Shown: in pieces, positions 40,401 through 53,757 of the stretch
Layout: each line of letters opens with the position of its first letter
Position numbering within the stretch: the stretch's first letter is position 1
NCBI GenBank assembly: GCA_964016885.1
Contig: OZ024740.1
Location: forward strand, 1,302,001-1,366,000
DNA: 64,000 nucleotides
Source of the DNA: Eledone cirrhosa
Taxonomy: Eukaryota
Direction: 5' to 3'
The notes under the pieces: generated by a model
What the model was told of the DNA's origin: nothing
What the model saw: the letters and a program-made list of their open reading frames with translations, nothing else
The model's database searches: none
Made by a program: the position numbers and the translations under genes

Positions 40401-43400
40401 GTTTGGTGGTATGGTTTAACAGTCAGATGTTTGGTGGTATGGTTTAACAGTCAGTTGTTTGGTGGTATGGTTTAACAATCAGATGTTTGGTGGTATGGTT
40501 GAAGAGGCAGATGTTTGGGTGGTATGGTTTAACAGTCAGTTGTTTGGTGGTATGGTTTAACAGTCAGTTTTTGGTGGTATGGTTTAACAGTCAGATGTTT
40601 GGTGGTATGGTTTAACAGTCAGTTGTTTGGTGGTAAGGTTTAACAGTCAGATGTTTGGTGGTATGGTTTAACAGTCAGATGTTTGGTGGTATGGTTTAAC
40701 AGTCAGATGTTTGGTGGTATGGTTTAACAGTCAGTTCTTTGGTGGTATGGTTTAACAGTCAGATGTTTGGTGGTATAGTTTAACAGTCAGACGTTTGGTG
40801 GTATGATTTAACAATCAGATCTGATGTTTGGTGGTATGGTTTAAGAGTCAGATGTATGGTGGTATGGTTTAAGAGTCAGATGTTTGGTGGTATGGTTTAA
40901 CAGTCAGATGTTTGGTGGTATGGTTTAACAGTCAGTCGTTTGGTGGTATGGTTTAGCAGTAAGATGTTTGGTGGTATGGTTTAACAGTCAGATATCTGGT
41001 GGTATGGTTTAACAGTCAGATGTTTGGTGGTTTGGTTTAACAGTCAGATGTTTGGTGGTATGGTTTAACAGTCAGATGTTTGGTGGTATGGTTTAACAGT
41101 CAGTTGTTTGGTGGTATGGTTTAACCGTCAGATGTTTGGTGGTACGGTTTAACAGTCAGTTATTTGGTGGTATGGGTTAACAGTCACATGTTTGGTGGTA
41201 TGGTTTAACAGTCAGATGTTTGGTGGTATGGTTTAACAGTCAGATGTTTGGTGGTATGGTTTAACAGTCAGTTGTTTGGTGGTATGGTTTAACAGTCAGT
41301 TGTTTGGTGGTATGGTTTAACAGTCACATGTTTGGTGGTATGATTTAACAGTCAGATGTTTGGTGGTATGGTTTAACAGTCAAATGTTTGGTGGTATGGT
41401 TTAACAGTCAGATGTTTTGTGGTATGGTTTAAGAGTCAGATGTTTGGTGGTATGGTTTAACAATTAGATCTGATGTTTGGTGGTATGGTTTAAGCATAAG
41501 ATGTTTGGTGGTATGGTTTAACAGTCAGATGTTTGGTGGTATGGTTTAACAGTCAGTTGTTTGGTGGTATGGTTTAACAGTCAGATGTTTTTGTGGTATG
41601 GTTTAGCAGTAAGATGTTTGGTGGTATGGTTTAACAGTCAGATGTTTGGTGGTATGGTTTAACAGTCAGATGTTTTGTGGTATGTTTTAACAGTCAGTTG
41701 TTTGGTGGTATGGTTTAACAGTCAGATGTTTGGTGGTATGGTTTAACAGTCAGATGTTTGGTGATATGGTTTAACAGTCAGTTGTTTGGTGGTAAGGTTT
41801 AACAGTCAGATGTTTGGTGGTATGGTTTAACAGTCAGATGTTTGGTGGTATGGTTTAACAGTCAGTTGTTTGGTGGTATGTTTTAACAGTCAGATGTTTG
41901 GTGGTATGGTTTAAGAGTCAGATGTTTGGTGGTATGGTTTAACAATTAGATCTGATGTTTGGTGGTATGGTTTAAGCATAAGATGTTTGGTGGTATGGTT
42001 TAAGAGTCAGATGTTTGGTGGTATGGTTTAACAGTCAGATGTTTGGTGGTATGGTTTAACAGTCAGTTGTTTGGTGGTATGGTTTAACAATCAGATGTTT
42101 GGTGGTATGGTTTAAGAGTCAGATGTTTGGGTGGTATGGTTTAACAGTCAGTTGTTTGGTGGTATGGTTTAACAGTCAGTTGTTTGGTGGTATGGTTTAA
42201 CAGTCAGATGTTTGGTGGTATGGTTTAACAGTCAGATGTTTAGTGGTATGGTTTAACAGTAAGATGTTTGGTGGTATGGTTTAACAATTAGATCTGATGT
42301 TTGGTGGTATGGTTTAAGAGTCAGATGTTTGGTGGTAAGGTTTAACAGTCAGATGTTTGGTGGTATGGCTTAACAGTCAGATGTTTGGTGGTATGGTTTA
42401 ACAATCAGATCTGATGTTTGGTGGTATGGATTAAGAGTCAGATGTTTGGTGGTATGGTTTAAGAGTCAGATGTTTGGTGGTATGGTTTAACAGTCAGATG
42501 TTTGGTGGTATGGTTTAACAGTCAGTTGTTTGGTGGTATGGTTTAGCAGTCAGATGTTTGGTGGTATGGTTTAACAGGCAGATGTTGGTGGTATGGGTTA
42601 ACAGTCAAATGTTTGGTGGTATGGTTTAACAGTCAGATGTTTGGTGGTATGGTTTAACAGTCAGTTGTTTGGTGGTATGGTTTAACAGTCAGATGTTTGG
42701 TGGTACGGTTTAACAGTCAGTTGTTTGGTGGTATGGTTTAACAGTCACATGTTTGGTGGTATGGTTTAACAGTCATATGTTTGGTGGTATGGTTTAACAG
42801 TCAGATGTTTGGTGGTACGGTTTAACAGTCAGTTGTTTGGTGGTATGGTTTAACAGTCACATGTTTGGTGGTATGGTTTAACAGTCATATGTTTGGTGGT
42901 ATGGTTTAACAGTCAGATGTTTGGTGGTATGGTTTAACAGTCAGTTGTTTGGTGGTATGGTTTAACAGTCAGTTGTTTGGTGGTATGGTTTAACAGTCAG
43001 ATGTTTGGTGGTATGGTTTAACAGTCAGTTGTTTGGTGGTATGGTTTAACAGTCAGATGTTTGGTGGTATGGTTTAACAGTAAGATGTTTGGTGGTATGG
43101 TTTAACAGTCAGATGTTTGGTGGTATGGTTTAACAGTCAGATGTTTTGTGGTATGTTTTAACAGTCAGTTGTTTGGTGGTAAGGTTTAACAGTCAGATGT
43201 TTGGTGGTATGGTTTAACAGTCAGATGTTTGGTGGTATGGTTTAACAGTCAGTTGTTTGGTGGTATGTTTTAACAGTCAGATGTTTGGTGGTATGGTTTA
43301 AGAGTCAGATGTTTGGTGGTATGGTTTAACAATTAGATCTGATGTTTGGTGGTATGGTTTAAGCATAAGATGTTTGGTGGTATGGTTTAAGCATAAGATG

Positions 43401-46400
43401 TTTGGTGGTATGGTTTAAGAGTCAGATGTTTGGTGGTATGGTTTAACAGTCAGATGTTTGGTGGTATGGTTTAACAGTCAGTTGTTTGGTGGTATGGTTT
43501 AACAATCAGATGTTTGGTGGTATGGTTGAAGAGGCAGATGTTTGGGTGGTATGGTTTAACAGTCAGTTGTTTGGTGGTATGGTTTAACAGTCAGTTTTTG
43601 GTGGTATGGTTTAACAGTCAGATGTTTGGTGGTATGGTTTAACAGTCAGTTGTTTGGTGGTAAGGTTTAACAGTCAGATGTTTGGTGGTATGGTTTAACA
43701 GTCAGATGTTTGGTGGTATGGTTTAACAGTCAGATGTTTGGTGGTATGGTTTAACAGTCAGTTCTTTGGTGGTATGGTTTAACAGTCAGATGTTTGGTGG
43801 TATAGTTTAACAGTCAGACGTTTGGTGGTATGATTTAACAATCAGATCTGATGTTTGGTGGTATGGTTTAAGAGTCAGATGTTTGGTGGTATGGTTTAAG
43901 AGTCAGATGTTTGGTGGTATGGTTTAACAGTCAGATGTTTGGTGGTATGGTTTAACAGTCAGTCGTTTGGTGGTATGGTTTAGCAGTAAGATGTTTGGTG
44001 GTATGGTTTAACAGTCAGATATTTGGTGGTATGGTTTAACAGTCAGATGTTTGGTGGTTTGGTTTAACAGTCAGATGTTTGGTGGTATGGTTTAACAGTC
44101 AGATGTTTGGTGGTATGGTTTAACAGTCAGTTGTTTGGTGGTATGGTTTAACCGTCAGATGTTTGGTGGTACGGTTTAACAGTCAGTTATTTGGTGGTAT
44201 GGGTTAACAGTCACATGTTTGGTGGTATGGTTTAACAGTCAGATGTTTGGTGGTATGGTTTAACAGTCAGATGTTTGGTGGTATGGTTTAACAGTCAGTT
44301 GTTTGGTGGTATGGTTTAACAGTCAGTTGTTTGGTGGTATGGTTTAACAGTCACATGTTTGGTGGTATGATTTAACAGTCAGATGTTTGGTGGTATGGTT
44401 TAACAGTCAAATGTTTGGTGGTATGGTTTAACAGTCAGATGTTTTGTGGTATGTTTTAACAGTCAGTTGTTTGGTGGTATGGTTTAACAGTCAGTCGTTT
44501 GGTGGTATGGTTTAGCAGTAAGATGTTTGGTGGTATGGTTTAACAGTCAGATATTTGGTGGTATGGTTTAACAGTCAGATGTTTGGTGGTTTGGTTTAAC
44601 AGTCAGATGTTTGGTGGTATGGTTTAACAGTCAGATGTTTGGTGGTATGGTTTAACAGTCAGTTGTTTGGTGGTATGGTTTAACCGTCAGATGTTTGGTG
44701 GTACGGTTTAACAGTCAGTTATTTGGTGGTATGGGTTAACAGTCAGTTGTTTGGTGGTATGGTTTAACAGTCAGTTGTTTGGTGGTATGGTTTAACAGTC
44801 ACATGTTTGGTGGTATGATTTAACAGTCAGATGTTTGGTGGTATGGTTTAACAGTCAAATGTTTGGTGGTATGGTTTAACAGTCACATGTTTGGTGGTAT
44901 GATTTAACAGTCAGATGTTTGGTGGTATGGTTTAACAGTCAAATGTTTGGTGGTATGGTTTAACAGTCAGATGTTTTGTGGTATGTTTTAACAGTCAGTT
45001 GTTTGGTGGTATGGTTTAACAGTCAGTCGTTTGGTGGTATGGTTTAGCAGTAAGATGTTTGGTGGTATGGTTTAACAGTCAGATATTTGGTGGTATGGTT
45101 TAACAGTCAGATGTTTGGTGGTTTGGTTTAACAGTCAGATGTTTGGTGGTATGGTTTAACAGTCAGATGTTTGGTGGTATGGTTTAACAGTCAGTTGTTT
45201 GGTGGTATGGTTTAACCGTCAGATGTTTGGTGGTACGGTTTAACAGTCAGTTATTTGGTGGTATGGGTTAACAGTCACATGTTTGGTGGTATGGTTTAAC
45301 AGTCAGATGTTTGGTGGTATGGTTTAACAGTCAGATGTTTGGTGGTATGGTTTAACAGTCAGTTGTTTGGTGGTATGGTTTAACAGTCAGTTGTTTGGTG
45401 GTATGGTTTAACAGTCACATGTTTGGTGGTATGATTTAACAGTCAGATGTTTGGTGGTATGGTTTAACAGTCAAATGTTTGGTGGTATGGTTTAACAGTC
45501 AAATGTTTGGTGGTATGATTTAACAATCAGATGTTTGGTGGTATGGTTTAACAGTCAGATGTTTGGTGGTATGGTTTAACAGTCAGATGTTTGGTGGTAT
45601 GGTTTATCAGTCAGTTGTTTGGTGGTAATGTTTAACAGTCAGATGTTTGGTGGTATGGTTTAACAGTCAGATGTTTGGTGCTCTGGTTTAAGAGTCACAT
45701 GTTTGGTGGTATGATTTAACAGTCAGATGTTTGGTGGTATGGTTTAACAGTCAGTTGTTTGGTGGTATGGTTTAACAGTCAGATGTTTGGTGGTATGGTT
45801 TAACAGTCAGATGTTTGGTGGTATGGTTTAACAGTCAGATGTTTGGTGGTATGGTTTAACACTCAGATGTTTGGTGGTATGGTTTAACAGTCAGTTCTAT
45901 GGTGGTATGGTTTAACAGTCAGATGTTTGGTGGTATAGTTTAACAGTCAGATGTTTGGTGGTATGGTTTAACAATCAGATCTGATGTTTGGTGGTATGGA
46001 TTAAGAGTCAGATGTTTGGTGGTATGGTTTAAGAGTCAGATGTTTGGTGGTATGGTTTAACAGTCAGATGTTTGGTGGTATGGTTTAGCAGTCAGATGTT
46101 TGGTGGTATGGTTTAACAGTCAGATATTTGGTGGTATGGTTTAACAGGCAGATGTTGGTGGTATGGGTTAACAGTCATATGTTTGGTGGTATGGTTTAAC
46201 AGTCAGATGTTTGGTGGTATGGTTTAACAGTCAGTTGTTTGGTGGTATGGTTTAACAGTCAGATGTTTGGTGGTACGGTTTAACAGTCAGTTGTTTGGTG
46301 GTATGGTTTAACAGTCACATGTTTGGTGGTATGGTTTAACAGTCATATGTTTGGTGGTATGGTTTAACAGTCAGATGTTTGGTGGTATGGTTTAACAGTC

Positions 46401-49400
46401 AGTTGTTTGGTGGTATGGTTTAACAGTCAGTTCTATGGTGGTATGGTTTAACAGTCAGATGTTTGGTGGTATAGTTTAACAGTCAGATGTTTGGTGGTAT
46501 GGTTTAACAATCAGATCTGATGTTTGGTGGTATGGATTAAGAGTCAGATGTTTGGTGGTATGGTTTAAGAGTCAGATGTTTGGTGGTATGTTTTAACAGT
46601 CAGATGTTTGGTGGTATGGTTTAACAGTCAGTTGTTTGGTGGTATGGTTTAGCAGTCAGATGTTTGGTGGTATGGTTTAACAGTCAGATATTTGGTGGTA
46701 TGGTTTAACAGGCAGATGTTGGTGGTATGGGTTAACAGTCATATGTTTGGTGGTATGGTTTAACAGTCAGATGTTTGGTGGTATGGTTTAACAGTCAGTT
46801 GTTTGGTGGTATGGTTTAACAGTCAGATGTTTGGTGGTAAGGTTTAACACTCAGATGTTTGGTGGTATGGTTTAACAGTCACATGTTTGGTGGTATGGTT
46901 TAACAGTCATATGTTTGGTGGTATGGTTTAACAGTCAGTTGTTTGGTGGTATGGTTTAACAGTCAGTTGTTTGGTGGTATGGTTTAACAGTCAGATGTTT
47001 GGTGGTATGGTTTAACAGTCAGTTGTTTGGTGGTATGGTTTAACAGTCAGATGTTTTTGTGGTATGGTTTAACAGTAAGATGTTTGGTAGTATGGTTTAA
47101 CAGTCAGATGTTTGGTGGTATGGTTTAACAGTCAGATGTTTTGTGGTATGTTTTAACAGTCAGTTGTTTGGTGGTATGGTTTAACAGTCAGATGTTTGGT
47201 GGTATGGTTTAACAGTCAGATGTTTGGTGATATGGTTTAACAGTCAGTTGTTTGGTGGTAAGGTTTAACAGTCAGATGTTTGGTGGTATGGTTTAACAGT
47301 CAGATGTTTGGTGGTATGGTTTAACAGTCAGTTGTTTGGTGGTATGTTTTAACAGTCAGATGTTTGGTGGTATGGTTTAAGAGTCAGATGTTTGGTGGTA
47401 TGGTTTAACAATTAGATCTGATGTTTGGTGGTATGGTTTAAGCATAAGATGTTTGGTGGTATGGTTTAAGAGTCAGATGTTTGGTGGTATGCTTTAACAG
47501 TCAGATGTTTGGTGGTATGGTTTAACAGTCAGTTGTTTGGTGGTATGGTTTAACAATCAGATGTTTGGTGGTATGGTTTAAGAGTCAGATGTTTAGGTGG
47601 TATGGTTTAACAGTCAGTTGTTTGGTGGTATGGTTTAACAGTCAGTTGTTTGGTGGTATGGTTTAACAGTCAGATGTTTGGTGGTATGGTTTAACAGTCA
47701 GATGTTTTGTGGTATGTTTTAACAGTCAGTTGTTTGGTGGTATGGTTTAACAGTCAGATGTTTAGTGGTATGGTTTAACAGTCAGATGTTTGGTGGTATG
47801 GTTTAACAGTCAGTTGTTTGGTGGTATGGTTTAACAATCAGATGTTTGGTGGTATGGTTTAACAGTCAGATGTTTGGTGGTATGGTTTAACAATTAGATC
47901 TGATGTTTGGTGGTATGGTTTAAGAGACAGATGTTTGGTGGTAAGGTTTAACAGTCAGATGTTTGGTGGTATGGCTTAACAGTCAGATGTTTGGTGATAT
48001 GGTTTAACACTCCGATGTTTGGTGGTATGGTTTAACAGTCAGTTCTATGGTGGTATGGTTTAACAGTCAGATGTTTGGTGGTATAGTTTAACAGTCAGAT
48101 GTTTGGTGGTATGGTTTAACAATCAGATCTGATGTTTGGTGGTATGGATTAAGAGTCAGATGTTTGGTGGTATGGTTTAAGAGTCAGATGTTTGGTGGTA
48201 TGGTTTAACAGTCAGATGTTTGGTGGTATGGTTTAACAGTCAGTTGTTTGGTGGTATGGTTTAGCAGTCAGATGTTTGCTGGTATGGTTTAACAGGCAGA
48301 TGTTGGTGGTATGGGTTAACAGTCATATGTTTGGTGGTATGGTTTAACAGTCAGATGTTTGGTGGTATGGTTTAACAGTCAGTTGTTTGGTGGTATGGTT
48401 TAACAGTCAGATGTTTGGTGGTACGGTTTAACAGTCAGTTGTTTGGTGGTATGGTTTAACAGTCACATGTTTGGTGGTATGGTTTAACAGTCATATGTTT
48501 GGTGGTATGGTTTAACAGTCAGATGTTTGGTGGTATGGTTTAACAGTCAGTTGTTTGGTGGTATGGTTTAACAGTCAGTTGTTTGGTGGTATGGTTTAAC
48601 AGTCAGATGTTTGGTGGTATGGTTTAACAGTAAGTTGTTTGGTGGTATGGTTTAACAGTCAGATGTTTGGTGGTATGGTTTAACAGTAAGATGTTTGGTG
48701 GTATGGTTTAACAGTCAGATGTTTGGTGGTATGGTTTAACAGTCAGATGTTTTGTGGTATGTTTTAATAGTCAGTTGTTTGGTGGTATGGTTTAACAGTC
48801 AGATGTTTGGTGGTATGGTTTAACAGTCAGATGTTTGGTGGTATGGTTTAACAGTCAGTTGTTTGGTGGTATGTTTTAACAGTCAGATGTTTGGTGGTAT
48901 GGTTTAAGAGTCAGATGTTTGGTGGTATGGTTTAACAATTAGATCTGATGTTTGGTGGTATGGTTTAAGCATAAGATGTTTGGTGGTATGGTTTAAGAGT
49001 CAGATGTTTGGTGGTATGGTTTAACAGTCAGATGTTTGGTGGTATGGTTTAACAGTCAGTTGTTTGGTGGTATGGTTTAACAATCAGATGTTTGGTGGTA
49101 TGGTTTAAGAGGCAGATGTTTGGGTGGTATGGTTTAACAGTCAGTTGTTTGGTGGTATGGTTTAACAGTCAGTTGTTTGGTGGTATGGTTTAACAGTCAG
49201 ATGTTTGGTGGTATGGTTTAACAGTCAGTTGTTTGGTGGTAAGGTTTAACAGTCAGATGTTTGGTGGTATGGTTTAACAGTCAGATGTTTGGTGGTATGG
49301 TTTAACAGTCAGATGTTTGGTGGTATGGTTTAACAGTCAGTTCTTTGGTGGTATGGTTTAACAGTCAGATCTTTGGTGGTATAGTTTAACAGTCAGATGT

Positions 49401-52400
49401 TTGGTGGTATGATTTAACAATCAGATCTGATGTTTGGTGGTATGGTTTAAGAGTCAGATGTTTGGTGGTATGGTTTAAGAGTCAGATGTTTGGTGGTATG
49501 GTTTAACAGTCAGATGTTTGGTGGTATGGTTTAACAGTCAGTCGTTTGGTGGTATGGTTTAGCAGTAAGATGTTTGGTGGTATGGTTTAACAGTCAGATA
49601 TTTGGTGGTATGGTTTAACAGTCAGATGTTTGGTGGTTTGGTTTAACAGTCAGATGTTTGGTGGTATGGTTTAACAGTCAGATGTTTGGTGGTATGGTTT
49701 AACAGTCAGTTGTTTGGTGGTATGGTTTAACCGTCAGATGTTTGGTGGTACGGTTTAACAGTCAGTTATTTGGTGGTATGGGTTAACAGTCACATGTTTG
49801 GTGGTATGGTTTAACAGTCAGATGTTTGGTGGTATGGTTTAACAGTCAGATGTTTAGTGGTATGGTTTAACAGTCAGTTGTTTGGTGGTATGGTTTAACA
49901 GTCAGTTGTTTGGTGGTATGGTTTAACAGTCAGATGTTTGGTGGTATGGTTTAACAGTCAGTTGTTTGGTGGTATGACTTACCAATCAGATGTTTGGTGG
50001 TATGGTTTAACAGTCAGATGTTTGGTGGTATGGTTTAACAGTCAGATGTTTGGTGGTATGGTTTAACAGTCAGTTGTTTGGTGGTAAGGTTTAACAGTCA
50101 GATGTTTGGTGGTATGGTTTAACAGTCAGATGTTTGGTGGCATGGTTTAAGAGTCACATGTTTGGTGGTATGATTTAACAGTCAGATGTTTGGTGGTATG
50201 GTTTAACAGTCAGTTGTTTGGTGGTATGGTTTAACAGTCAGATGTTTGGTGGTATGGTTTAACAGTCAGATGTTTGGTGGTATGGTTTAACAGTCAGATG
50301 TTTGGTGGTATGGTTTAACACTCAGATGTTTGGTGGTATGGTTTAACAGTCAGTTCTATGGTGGTATGGTTTAACAGTCAGATGTTTGGTGGTATAGTTT
50401 AACAGTCAGATGTTTGGTGGTATGGTTTAACAATCAGATCTGATGTTTGGTGGTATGGATTAAGAGTCAGATGTTTGGTGGTATGGTTTAAGAGTTAGAT
50501 GTTTGGTGGTATGGTTTAACAGTCAGATGTTTGGTGGTATGGTTTAGCAGTCAGATGTTTGGTGGTATGGTTTAACAGTCAGATATTTGGTGGTATGGTT
50601 TAACAGGCAGATGTTGGTGGTATGGGTTAACAGTCATATGTTTGGTGTTATGGTTTAATAGTCAGATGTTTGGTGGTATGGTTTAACAGTCAGTTGTTTG
50701 GTGGTATGGTTTAACAGTCAGATGTTTGGTGGTACGGTTTAACAGTCAGTTGTTTGGTGGTATGGTTTAACAGTCACATGTTTGGTGGTATGGTTTAACA
50801 GTCATATGTTTGGTGGTATGGTTTAACAGTCAGATGTTTGGTGGTATGGTTTAACAGTCAGTTGTTTGGTGGTATGGTTTAACAGTCAGTTGTTTGGTGG
50901 TATGGTTTAACAGTCAGATGTTTGGTGGTATGGTTTAACAGTCAGTTGTTTGGTGGTATGTTTTAACAGTCAGATGTTTGGTGGTATGGTTTAACAGTAA
51001 GATGTTTGGTGGTATGGTTTAACAGTCAGATGTTTGGTGGTATGGTTTAACAATTAGATCTGATGTTTGGTGGTATGGTTTAACAGTCAGATGTTTGGTG
51101 GTATGGTTTAACAGTCAGATGTTTGGTGATATGGTTTAACAGTCAGTTGTTTGGTGGTAAGGTTTAACAGTCAGATGTTTGGTGGTATGGTTTAACAGTC
51201 AGTTGTTTGGTGGTATGTTTTAACAGTCAGATGTTTGGTGGTATGGTTTAAGAGTCAGATGTTTGGTGGTATGGTTTAACAATTAGATCTGATGTTCGGT
51301 GGTATGGTTTAAGCATAAGATGTTTGGTGGTATGGTTTAAGAGTCAGATGTTTGGTGGTATGGTTTAACAGTCAGATGTTTGGTGGTATGGTTTAACAAT
51401 CAGATGTTTGGTGGTATGGTTTAAGAGGCAGATGTTTGGGTGGTATGGTTTAACAGTCAGTTGTTTGGTGGTATGGTTTAACAGTCAGTTGTTTGGTGGT
51501 ATGGTTTAACAGTCAGATGTTTGGTGGTATGGTTTAACAGTCAGATGTTTTGTGGTATGTTTTAACAGTCAGTTGTTTGGTGGTATGGTTTAACAGTCAG
51601 ATGTTTGGTGGTATGGTTTAACAGTCAGATGTTTGGTGGTATGGTTTAACAGTCAGATGTTTGGTGGTATGGTTTAACAGTCAGTTGTTTGGTGGTATTG
51701 TTTAACAATCAGATGTTTGGTGGTATGGTTTAACAGTCAGATGTTTGGTGGTATGGTTTAACAGTCAGTTGTTTGGTGGTAAGGTTTAACACTCAGATGT
51801 TTGGTGGTATGGTTTAACAGTCAGATGTTTGGTGGTATGGTTTAACAGTCAGATGTTTGGTGGTATGGTTTAACAGTCAGTTCTTTGGTGGTATGGTTTA
51901 ACAGTCAGATCTTTGGTGGTATAGTTTAACAGTCAGATGTTTGGTGGTATGATTTAACAATCAGATCTGATGTATGGTGGTATGGTTTAAGAGTCAGATG
52001 TTTGGTGGTATGGTTTAAGAGTCAGATGTTTGGTGGTATGGTTTAACAGTCAGATGTTTGGTGGTATGGTTTAACAGTCAGTCGTTTGGTGGTATGGTTT
52101 AGCAGTAAGATGTTTGGTGGTATGGTTTAACAGTCAGATATTTGGTGGTATGGTTTAACAGTCAGATGTTTGGTGGTTTGGTTTAACAGTCAGATGTTTG
52201 GTGGTATGGTTTAACAGTCAGATGTTTGGTGGTATGGTTTAACAGTAAGTTGTTTGGTGGTATGGTTTAACCGTCAGATGTTTGGTGGTACGGTTTAACA
52301 GTCAGTTATTTGGTGGTATGGTTTAACAGTCACATGTTTGGTGGTATGGTTTAACAGTCAGATGTTTGGTGGTATGGTTTAACAGTCAGATGTTTGGTGG

Positions 52401-53757
52401 TATGGTTTGACAGTCAGTTGTTTGGTGGTATGGTTTAACAGTCAGTTGTTTGGTGGTATGTTTTAACAGTCACATGTTTGGTGGTATGATTTAACAGTCA
52501 GATGTTTGGTGGTATGGTTTAACAGTCAAATGTTTGGTGGTATGGTTTAACAGTCAGATGTTTTGTGGTATGTTTTAACAGTCAGTTGTTTGGTGGTATG
52601 GTTTAACAGTCAGATGTTTGGTGGTATGGTTTAACAGTCAAATGTTTGGTGGTATGGTTTAACAGTCAGATGTTTTGTGGTATGTTTTAACAGTCAGTTG
52701 TTTGGTGGTATGGTTTAACAGTCAGATGTTTGGTGGTATGGTTTAACAGTCAGTTGTTTGGTGGTAAGGTTTAACAGTCAGATGTTTGGTGGTATGGTTT
52801 AACAGTCAGATGTTTGGTGGTATGGTTTAAGAGTCACATGTTTGGTGGTATGATTTAACAGTCAGATGTTTGGTGGTATGGTTTAACAGTCAGTTGTTTG
52901 GTGGTATGGTTTAACAGTCAGATGTTTGGTGGTATGGTTTAACAGTCAGATGTTTGGTGGTACAGTCAGATGTTTGGTGGTATGGTTTAACAATTAGATC
53001 TGATGTTTGGTGGTATGGTTTAAGAGTCAGATGTTTGGTGGTATGGTTTAAGAGTCAGATGTTTGGTGGTATGGTTTAACAGGCAGATGTTTGGTGGTAT
53101 GGTTTAACAGTCAGATGTTTGGTGGTATGGTTTAACAGTCAGTTGTTTGGTGGTATGGTTTAACAATCAGATGTTTGGTGGTATGGTTTAACAGTCAAAT
53201 GTTTGGTGGTATGATTTAACAGTCAGATGTTTGGTGGTATGGTTTAACAGTCAGTTGTTTGGTGGTAAGGTTTAACAGTCAATTGTTTGGTGGTAAGGTT
53301 TAACAGTCATATGTTTGGTGGTATGGTTTAACATTCAGATGTTTGGTGGTATGGTGTAACAGTCAGATGTTTGGTGGTATGGTTTAACAATCAGATCTGA
53401 TGTTTGGTGGTATGGTTTAAGAGTCAGAGGTTTGGTGGTATGGTTTAAGAGTCAGATGTTTGGTGGTATGGTTTAACAGTCAGATGTTTGGTGGTATGGT
53501 TTAACAGTCAGATGTTTGGTGGTATGGTTTAACAGTCAGATGTTTGGTGGTATGGTTTAGCAGTCAGATGTTTGGTGGTATGGTTTAACAGTCAGTTGTT
53601 TGGTGGTATGGTTTAACAGGCAGATGTTTGGTGGTATGGTTTAACAGGCAGATGTTTGGTGGTATGGTTTAACAGGCAGATGTTTGGTGGTATGATTTAA
53701 CAGTCAGATGTTTGGTGGTATGGTTTAACAGTGAGATGTTTGGTGGTATGGTTTAAC
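7414..53757. repeat. 28-bp satellite array, ~46.3 kb, ~1650 units, single orientation
   Basis: Consensus TGTTTGGTGGTATGGTTTAACAGTCAG(A/T). Recurrent variants CACATG, AAGAGTC, GGGTTAAC, a 33-bp AATCAGATCTGATG unit and others. No foreign insertion seen. Confidence 0.99.

Noticed and set aside
7414-53757. Giant repetitive protein-coding exon
   Set aside because: The 28-bp period is not a multiple of 3 and TAA/TGA stops recur on both strands; the ORF track is empty here.
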